IMG/VR virus record: IMGVR_UViG_3300037461_000409
Location: 34,780-98,779 of that record
DNA length: 64,000 nucleotides
Source of the DNA: a virus
Reading direction: 5' to 3' (one strand)
Positions 57,485 to 64,000 of this stretch are shown here, one piece after another. A program made the position numbers and the translations under genes. The stretch's first letter is position 1; each line of letters starts with the position of its first letter. The notes beneath the pieces are model-generated. The model saw nothing but the letters and a program-made list of their open reading frames with translations. It searched no databases and was not told where the DNA came from.

Positions 57485-60400
57485 TCAGTCGCGCTTCCGG
57501 AACGCCTGCCTCACCATCGGGTCACTGTCATCGACCACGGTAGTCGGAGGAACGGCGGCCCCCATGAAACCGAACCACGCGGGGTCGCCCCCGTTGCCCT
57601 GGTTGCCCGCGGCGTCGTCTTCGAGCGTCTGATCGAGCACCTGCTGGCGCATGAACGCCTCACGGTCGTCCGCCTGGTTGGGCAACGCGGCCTCGCCCTG
57701 GTAGATCGTGCCCTTCATCATGTCCACGTTCAGCCGCCGCGGCTGATCGTAGTGCCGGGCGCCGACCCCGAGTTCCATCCCACCGTCCATGGCCTTGCAA
57801 ACGTACTCGTCCGAGGACAGTCCCAGGTCGACCGAGCCCATGCGGACGCTCTTGTGCGCCTCGGGCAGGGGCGGATTGTCCGGCTCGACATGCGGCTTCA
57901 GCTTCGGCATCTTTCCAACTCCTTCCTTGTCCAGCTTGATCAGAGGGGCCTTGGCCTTCCTGGCGGTGCCCCTCTCGATGCGGTCATCCTCCGGTGACGC
58001 AACAGACGCGCTTCGGCGCCAGTGCTGAAGGTTGTGCTCCTTGCGGAGCTTCTCAGCCTGGTTCGCGTGCTCGTGCATCTTGGACCGAGCGGCTTCGACG
58101 GCCTCGTGCGGATGGCCCTGTTCCTGTCTCTTCGCCGACCGCTCGCGCCACTTGTCACTCTGGGTGTCGTGGTGCTGGATCTCCTTCTTCGCGGCCTCGG
58201 TCTTGACGTGTCGCTCTGCCTGCTCTTGGGTTCCCCCTTGAGCTCCCATGCCAGGGTACCAGTAGACGTAGCCACCTGGCCCCATCTTCCGGAACCCTCC
58301 CTTGGCCCCTCCTGGGATCGGGGACCAACCGGACCCCGGGGGGCGCTTGCCGAGCTTGGCTGCGATGCGGTGGAGCAGCCCGGGCTTTTTCTCCTCCGCG
58401 TGCTCGCCTGCTACCGGCTTGTACGGGCTTGGTCTCTCCCTGCCCGTTCGCTCGGCCACGGCGGTCATGGCCGACTTGCCCAACTTGCCCCGCTCGTCGA
58501 TCAGATCGGCCCTCGCCATTCTCGCACCCTCGAACTGGGCCGTGAGGTGCTGTGACGGCGAACCAGAGACGATCGCTCGCAGGTAGGCCCGATAGTGCAA
58601 TCCCTCTTGCCCCTCGTGCTTCGATGCGTCCAACAACTTCTTGGCCGTATCTTTCCACCGGTTTGCTTCTGCCTCACCCTCCGAGGTTCCTCCACTACCG
58701 CCGGCCGCTTTCTGCGAGGCTTCCTCGGCCACGCGACTTCTCTCGGCGGCGTGTGCAACATCCTCCTCGTTGCCCGTCCGAGACGCATTTTCGTGAGCGA
58801 TAGCGGCGTTCTTGTGGGCCATGTACGCCGCTCCGTGGGAGTCCCGCGCTTCCTTGTGCGGATCGGCCCGCATCATCTTTTGCGCCGGCAGCTTCTTGAG
58901 GACTTCCTCGTGTTCGATCATCGCGGCCATGTGCTTCTCCGCGGCCTTATGGTGCGGATTTCGAGGCACGTCCTTCGGCTCTGCGAGAAGCGCCGCCGTT
59001 GCGCGATGGTGCTCGGCCAGGTCGGCCTCGTGCGGCTCGGTAGTTGTCACGCCCTTCCCCGGATACCAGTAGATGTACCCGGACCCATGGCGCTTGCGGT
59101 ATCCACCGTGGGCGCTCCTCGGCACCGGCTCGTATCCCGCGGGGGCTTTCGACGACTTCTCCATTCTCTGGAGCTTGATGTAGTAGTGCCTGTCCTCCGT
59201 CAGGTGGTCCATCGCAATCTCCCGTGCGACCTTCCGGTCGCGGGTGTGCTCCATCTCGACCTTGATCCCGGCATGGAGCTGTTCCTGGTCGAAGTCCTCC
59301 GGACGCTTGCCCGCAGCCACCCCTCCGGGGATGCGCTCAGCCTTCTCAAGCCAGTCGTCGAGTTCCGAGGTCAGGCCGATCATCGCCCGCAGGGCCTTGG
59401 CCACCTCCACCCCAAAGAACCGGTCCATCGCCGCGTTGCGGTCCTCGCCCTCGGGCATCTTCTGGATCTCATCCCACTGGCTGCGCACGCGCTTCATGAT
59501 CTCCGCATGTTTTCGCTCGGCCGGATCCTTCGCGGGTTGTCCACCGGGCTCCCACTTGAAGTTGATGCCGTTTCCCTTGTCTCCGATGTGAGCCTCTGGG
59601 GGGGGCTTGCCGTCGAGAATCTTATGGGGATCGGTTCCGTAGTCCTTGAGCAGCTTCGCGAACTGCTTGTCTTCCTCGTCGTCTCCGAACACCTCGCCGA
59701 TGGTCTGGCGCGCGTCCGATTGTTCGATCACGACGTTCATGTCGCCGCCCTTGAAGGAAAACTCGGGGCTCCTGCCGGCGAGGCGGCTGATCAGGAACTT
59801 AGGAGTCATCTCCCCGAGTTCCTGTGCCGCCTGCTGGAGCAGAGCCTTCGAGCTCGGCGGCAGATCATCGCGGCGGTCGATCTCGGCAGAAAGCGCCCGT
59901 TTGACGCCGCCGATCATGGCCTTGACCTTGGCCTTATCCTCGGGCTTGCGCTCGCCGTCCTTGGGCTTGGGAAACATCTCCTGCGCCAGCCGGATCTTGA
60001 CCAGACACTCGACCGCCTCGGGCCGGTCGAACATCACCTCCGGCATCTTGTCCGAGAACAGGTGGGTGTTGTCGGCCAACCGAATGGCGCTCCCGAAGTG
60101 GTCGCCCTTCCAATCGACGGCCGTGCCGCTATGGTTGGCGACCGCCTGGACGTAGGTCTCGAACTTGTCGGCGCCGAACAGTTCCTCGTACTTCTTTCGC
60201 TGTTGCATCACCAGGACCGCGCTCGCCTGGGGATGGTAGTTGTCCTTCACCGCAAAGCCACCCTGGGCAATGGCTGGGGTGGTGTAGCCCATGTCATGAT
60301 CGATCCAAGCCTGATAGGCCATGAATCGATCCCGCGGGTCCAGCTCGACCCCGCCCTTTTCCAGCTGGTCGAAGATCGCGTCGGACATCCGGGCGTTCGA

Positions 60401-61171
60401 CGCCAGGTGCCGCACGCCATGGTCGCCCAGGGTCCGCCGGGCGCTCTCGGTTTCCTGCTGCGCGAGCTTTCGGACGTTCTCTTCCATCACCTCCGTCAGC
60501 TTCTGCCTGTCGATGCCCGCGGCCTGACCATGCTTGACCATCTGGCCCATCATCTCCTTCGCCTTCTCGACGTTCGAGGGGATGATGTAGCCCTGCCGGC
60601 CGAGGTGCTCGATGTGAGCGTCGACGGCCTTGCCGAGGTCTCCCTTGTACTCCCTGGGCGGGCCCTGGCGGTCCTCGATCTGCTTCTGGACGTTCTCCCA
60701 ATCGGCGGTCATCACCGCCCGGGTCTTCTTGTCCAAGTCGTTGAAGCCCGGGGGCAGCTGACTAGGGTCGATGATCACCTCGGCCTTGGGTGGCTTGTCC
60801 TCTTTCTTCGCCTCTGGCTCGGGCTTGGCAGGTTCTTTCTCGGGCGCTGTCTTGCCCTCGCCCGCGCCTCCCTCCTGGGGCTTGCTCGTGATCCCCACGC
60901 CCGGATACCAGTAGATGTACCCGGCCCCATGCTTCTTGTGGTACCCGCCGTGCTTGCTGTTGGCGATGGGAGAAAAGCCAGCCGGAGCCTTGGAGGTCGA
61001 GTCGGCTTTCACCAGGTCCAATACCAGTCTCTCGGACTTCGCGCCCTTCGCGTGCTGGTAGATTCCCATGATGTAAGCGTAGTCCCCCGACCGACCCTCT
61101 TCCTTAGCGCGACGCTTGGCCAGCGACCACAGGTGCTCGTCGCGCTTGGTCTTCACGGCTCCGACTGGCAT
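57485..61171 (-). CDS. Large multidomain internal-head polyprotein (HD phosphohydrolase, DUF5661-like, 3x GYxYWYPG repeats)
   Basis: DHG..H...HDMGY...H...H...LADN (HD); GIKVEMEH...EIAMDHL.E..YY.KL (DUF5661-like); GGAGGGAG SD before ATG at 61171. Confidence 0.8.
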   Translation of the reverse strand: MPVGAVKTKRDEHLWSLAKRRAKEEGRSGDYAYIMGIYQHAKGAKSERLVLDLVKADSTSKAPAGFSPIANSKHGGYHKKHGAGYIYWYPGVGITSKPQEGGAGEGKTAPEKEPAKPEPEAKKEDKPPKAEVIIDPSQLPPGFNDLDKKTRAVMTADWENVQKQIEDRQGPPREYKGDLGKAVDAHIEHLGRQGYIIPSNVEKAKEMMGQMVKHGQAAGIDRQKLTEVMEENVRKLAQQETESARRTLGDHGVRHLASNARMSDAIFDQLEKGGVELDPRDRFMAYQAWIDHDMGYTTPAIAQGGFAVKDNYHPQASAVLVMQQRKKYEELFGADKFETYVQAVANHSGTAVDWKGDHFGSAIRLADNTHLFSDKMPEVMFDRPEAVECLVKIRLAQEMFPKPKDGERKPEDKAKVKAMIGGVKRALSAEIDRRDDLPPSSKALLQQAAQELGEMTPKFLISRLAGRSPEFSFKGGDMNVVIEQSDARQTIGEVFGDDEEDKQFAKLLKDYGTDPHKILDGKPPPEAHIGDKGNGINFKWEPGGQPAKDPAERKHAEIMKRVRSQWDEIQKMPEGEDRNAAMDRFFGVEVAKALRAMIGLTSELDDWLEKAERIPGGVAAGKRPEDFDQEQLHAGIKVEMEHTRDRKVAREIAMDHLTEDRHYYIKLQRMEKSSKAPAGYEPVPRSAHGGYRKRHGSGYIYWYPGKGVTTTEPHEADLAEHHRATAALLAEPKDVPRNPHHKAAEKHMAAMIEHEEVLKKLPAQKMMRADPHKEARDSHGAAYMAHKNAAIAHENASRTGNEEDVAHAAERSRVAEEASQKAAGGSGGTSEGEAEANRWKDTAKKLLDASKHEGQEGLHYRAYLRAIVSGSPSQHLTAQFEGARMARADLIDERGKLGKSAMTAVAERTGRERPSPYKPVAGEHAEEKKPGLLHRIAAKLGKRPPGSGWSPIPGGAKGGFRKMGPGGYVYWYPGMGAQGGTQEQAERHVKTEAAKKEIQHHDTQSDKWRERSAKRQEQGHPHEAVEAARSKMHEHANQAEKLRKEHNLQHWRRSASVASPEDDRIERGTARKAKAPLIKLDKEGVGKMPKLKPHVEPDNPPLPEAHKSVRMGSVDLGLSSDEYVCKAMDGGMELGVGARHYDQPRRLNVDMMKGTIYQGEAALPNQADDREAFMRQQVLDQTLEDDAAGNQGNGGDPAWFGFMGAAVPPTTVVDDSDPMVRQAFRKRD

Positions 61172-61187
61172 GGCTCTCCCTCCTTGC

Positions 61188-61769
61188 CTACAGGTCGCCA
61201 AAGGTCTCGTCGACGGTCACGCCGAGGATGGGACGGAACTGGTTGTACTGCGCCTGCGTCACGCTGGTGTCCCCGGTGCGATTCAGGACCGCCTGGGCCA
61301 GCTCGATCCACTGGTTGTTCGCCCCAACGGCCGCCTGCACGTCCGCGTCTGATGGCGCTTTCTCCGAGCCGGTGGTGGCGGGCGTGCCCTTGACCGCCAC
61401 GACTGTGATCGTGCCGGCGACGTTCTTGGCCACGATCCTCGCGCGGCAGCTCTTGCCCGATGTCAGCCCCGTCAGGAAGCTCCCACTGTGGATGGCGAAG
61501 TCGGCCAGGGCGTCGATGTCCTTGACCACCCCGTCCACGACCACCTGTCCGAGTGCGTAGTTGATGTTCCAGAGCGTGTCGCCCGTGCCGGTGGCCTGAT
61601 CGCTGGGCGTGGTCGGATCGTCGGTCAGAACGCCGAACAGCACCTTGTTGGTCTCGTGCGCGCGGATGGCCTCGAACCACCTGGCGATGATGTCGCTGAT
61701 CTCCTCGATGTCCTCGGGCTGGTACTTGTGGCTCTTGCGGCTTTCAGCGACGACAGATCGGCTGCTCAT
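61188..61769 (-). CDS. Hypothetical protein (possibly virion)
   Basis: 193-aa ORF with GGAGG SD. Confidence 0.65.
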   Translation of the reverse strand: MSSRSVVAESRKSHKYQPEDIEEISDIIARWFEAIRAHETNKVLFGVLTDDPTTPSDQATGTGDTLWNINYALGQVVVDGVVKDIDALADFAIHSGSFLTGLTSGKSCRARIVAKNVAGTITVVAVKGTPATTGSEKAPSDADVQAAVGANNQWIELAQAVLNRTGDTSVTQAQYNQFRPILGVTVDETFGDL

Positions 61770-61778
61770 TGGTGCCTC

Positions 61779-62093
61779 CTATTCCACGTCCTGGTCGTGG
61801 ATGAGATAGAGCTCCCCATCGGGAGAGCTGGTCATGTTCGAGTTGTACTTCGAGAAAGCATGCGCGTACTGGAAAGAGTAGGCCCGGCGGTCCAGCTCGG
61901 CCGGTGATATCCCCGCGTAATAGGGGGTGGCCGAGGGGTCGGTAAAGGGGCCCAGGTGAAACAGCTGGTCGGGCCCGAAGCCGTTGCGCTTGAGCTCGCT
62001 CTTGACGTGCCACCACCAGATGCCGAAGTTGCGGTAGTAGAGCGGCACCTTCTGCAGGATCGCCACCACGTTCTGCGCTTGTTCCTTGGTCAT
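61779..62093 (-). CDS. ulx: Ulx-like protein (P1 DarB packaging accessory)
   Basis: LQKVPLYYRNFGIWWWHVKSELKRNGF resembles the P1 Ulx core as recalled (LxKxPxxYRxYGxYWxxxKxxLxxxGY); ATGA-coupled downstream of the DarB-like gene as in P1. Confidence 0.65.
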   Translation of the reverse strand: MTKEQAQNVVAILQKVPLYYRNFGIWWWHVKSELKRNGFGPDQLFHLGPFTDPSATPYYAGISPAELDRRAYSFQYAHAFSKYNSNMTSSPDGELYLIHDQDVE

Positions 62094-64000
62094 GCCGAAC
62101 GCCTTTCTTCCCAGGCCGATTCTGCCTCTTTTGCCACGGCGCTGAACAGCCCCTCAGAGCGACTGTAGCCATAGCCGCCGCCCCCGTAGTTCTGCCGTCC
62201 GACCTTGAGCAGCGGGTTCTCCCACTCGCGCCACGATGGTCCCTTGTTCGCCTCGGCCAGCGCCCGCACCAGATCCTGGCGATCCTTGCCCCAGGGGTAG
62301 ACGATCTTGAGGCCGCCGATCTTGTCCGTTGGCGCGACCACGATGTCTCCCCCAGCATCTCGAACCAGCATTTCCCGGCCACGACCGTGCTTTGACAGCC
62401 ATTCCCGCACGGCCCCGTCCACCATGTCCTGGTTGGCCGCCAGCACGTCCGGTGAGATGTGGGTGATGGCTTCCAGCGGCGTGAGGTACGACACGTCGGC
62501 ATTCTTTCCGAGCGCCTCGCGCAGCTCGTCGACCGCGGTGTACTTGCTGACGGTGTACCCGTGCTCGGCGATCTTGTCCACGTCGATGGTGTGGCTGTGG
62601 GGGTATCCCCAGCTGCGCACCGTGAGCTTTCGCTCACCAAGGTCGACCTTCTCAACCACCATCCGCCCGGGCTGGCCGTAGCCGGTGTCCTTCTCCTGAA
62701 TCACCGTTCCCGCGCGAATGAGGCCGGCCGCCAGACGCCGGGCGTCTCCTTCTCCCGTGAGGTAGGTATTGACCGCCACCGGCGCGGTGTCCCCGGAGTT
62801 GAGCAGGGCCTTGATCTCCAGCGGCAGCAACTCGTTCCGAAGCAACTGCCGCTTGAGCCGACTGGACTCCTCGACCAGGCGGTCACGGGTCTCTCCCTCT
62901 CGCATCTTCCCCATGCGCTCGATCTTCCGCTGGTAGCTGTAGAACCCGTCCACCGCCAGCTGCGCTTGCCTGGTGTACCAGGCGCTCTCGGCGCTGGCCC
63001 GCTTTTCCTTGATCAGGCGCAGGGCCTCGTCGGGGTTGTCCGAAAGCATGGCCAGCATTTCCACCTCGTCCAGCCCCTGGCCGTCCATGTCGTTGTCAAT
63101 GTCATTAGCCCCACTCCGGAGCTTGTCGAGCCATCGTTCCTTGCCCATGAGCGTCGAATGGCGGAAGCCATCGAAGCTGCCTTTGGCGAGGTAGGTGTGG
63201 ACGTTGACCTGCTCGGCCCGGTTACCCTGACGCACCCCGCGGCCATTGCGCTGGTGCAGCGTCCCGGGATCCCACGGCTGATCCAGATGGTGGATGTCCG
63301 TCGTCCCGGCCGCATGTTTCTTGCCCTGGAGGTTGACCCCCTCGCCCATGGTTCCGGTGTTTCCGATCACGACCTTGATTTCACCACGGTTGAAGCGGTC
63401 CCCCACTCGCTGGCGCGCCTCGGAGTCAGGCGCGACCTGGGCGTTGATGATGCCGATCTGGTCCTCGCGCAGCCCGCGCTCCATCAGCAGCTTTTTCAGA
63501 CGCTCGTGGCTGGCGTTGTGGTCGCAGAAGATGATCTGCCCTCCGCGCTCGCGCACTCCCTTGGAAGCCTCATCCGCACAGGCCAGGTACTTTGGGCTCT
63601 CGGTCCAGCCGTCGGGGTACTCCTCGGGATCGTAGAGCGACAGATCCTGGGCAGCCTTTTTCATCTGGTCCAGCATCCGGAACATCCCGCCCGGGTCCTT
63701 GCGGCTGTCCGCAGTCTGAGCTTTCGCCCGGAGGTCGAAATAGACAGCCTTCTGCGTGGGCGTCATGTCGACCAGGTGCATCTCCTGCTTGGCGTCCGGG
63801 ATCTTCAACCCAACGTCGGTGGCCGTCTGGAGCATCATGTACTTGTCCATGATCCCCTCAAGCTCCTTGAGGTTGGTGAACCCAACGACGCACTGAGCCT
63901 CCTCCAGATTGCCCGCGCCCTCGAAGTCATCGTGGAACTGGGTCTCGTCCTCGTCCTCCTCGTCTTCGCCCTTCTTCTTCGGGCCCCTGCCCGGGGGTGT
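62090..64000 (-). CDS. darB: DarB-like SNF2 helicase protein, C-terminal part (5' end beyond window)
   Basis: Frame open to window edge; FTNLKEL, GQIIFCD, FNRG...IGNT.TMGEGVNLQ, HHLDQPW.P....QRNGRGVRQGN, Y..KGSFD. Confidence 0.75.
   Translation of the reverse strand, partial: TPPGRGPKKKGEDEEDEDETQFHDDFEGAGNLEEAQCVVGFTNLKELEGIMDKYMMLQTATDVGLKIPDAKQEMHLVDMTPTQKAVYFDLRAKAQTADSRKDPGGMFRMLDQMKKAAQDLSLYDPEEYPDGWTESPKYLACADEASKGVRERGGQIIFCDHNASHERLKKLLMERGLREDQIGIINAQVAPDSEARQRVGDRFNRGEIKVVIGNTGTMGEGVNLQGKKHAAGTTDIHHLDQPWDPGTLHQRNGRGVRQGNRAEQVNVHTYLAKGSFDGFRHSTLMGKERWLDKLRSGANDIDNDMDGQGLDEVEMLAMLSDNPDEALRLIKEKRASAESAWYTRQAQLAVDGFYSYQRKIERMGKMREGETRDRLVEESSRLKRQLLRNELLPLEIKALLNSGDTAPVAVNTYLTGEGDARRLAAGLIRAGTVIQEKDTGYGQPGRMVVEKVDLGERKLTVRSWGYPHSHTIDVDKIAEHGYTVSKYTAVDELREALGKNADVSYLTPLEAITHISPDVLAANQDMVDGAVREWLSKHGRGREMLVRDAGGDIVVAPTDKIGGLKIVYPWGKDRQDLVRALAEANKGPSWREWENPLLKVGRQNYGGGGYGYSRSEGLFSAVAKEAESAWEERRSA

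Larger units (their letters stand above)
1..64000 (-). mobile_element. Large myovirus-type phage/prophage genome segment (head, tail, lysis, early recombination modules)
   Basis: Contiguous, tightly packed minus-strand ORFs with portal, protease, capsid, sheath, tube, baseplate, spanin and recombination genes; no host housekeeping genes. Confidence 0.97.

Overview
The whole 64 kb window is one co-oriented (minus-strand), GC-rich segment of a large contractile-tailed phage or prophage. No host housekeeping genes, tRNA or CRISPR array were seen. In transcription order (right to left) it contains six blocks. (1) A DarB-like SNF2 helicase C-terminus followed by a P1 Ulx-like gene. (2) A 1.2k-aa multidomain protein, portal, a MuF-InPase-Mom-like fusion, Zn-ribbon, prohead protease, scaffold and major capsid protein, in an SPO1/Twort-like (Herelleviridae-like) head architecture. 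(3) About 9 kb of putative head decoration/fibre genes. (4) Neck, sheath, tube, frameshifted chaperone, tape measure, baseplate and fibre genes. (5) A holin candidate plus two-component spanin, indicating a Gram-negative host, with a myxobacterial-type small gene hinting at Myxococcota. (6) An early/recombination block: Hfq-like, annealing protein, Cas4/RecB-like nuclease and SF2 helicase. The most notable feature is an apparent virion-cargo system. Large head-module polyproteins carry enzymatic domains (HD hydrolase, pyrophosphatase, Mom-like DNA-modifying GNAT, DUF5661-like) bounded by the same hydrophobic-x-K-[A/S] motif that marks the predicted capsid maturation site and saturates the scaffold. 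Several predicted products would begin with a repeated basic/aromatic GG..GY(I/V)YWYPG tag. All family assignments are by eye from motifs; no searches were run.
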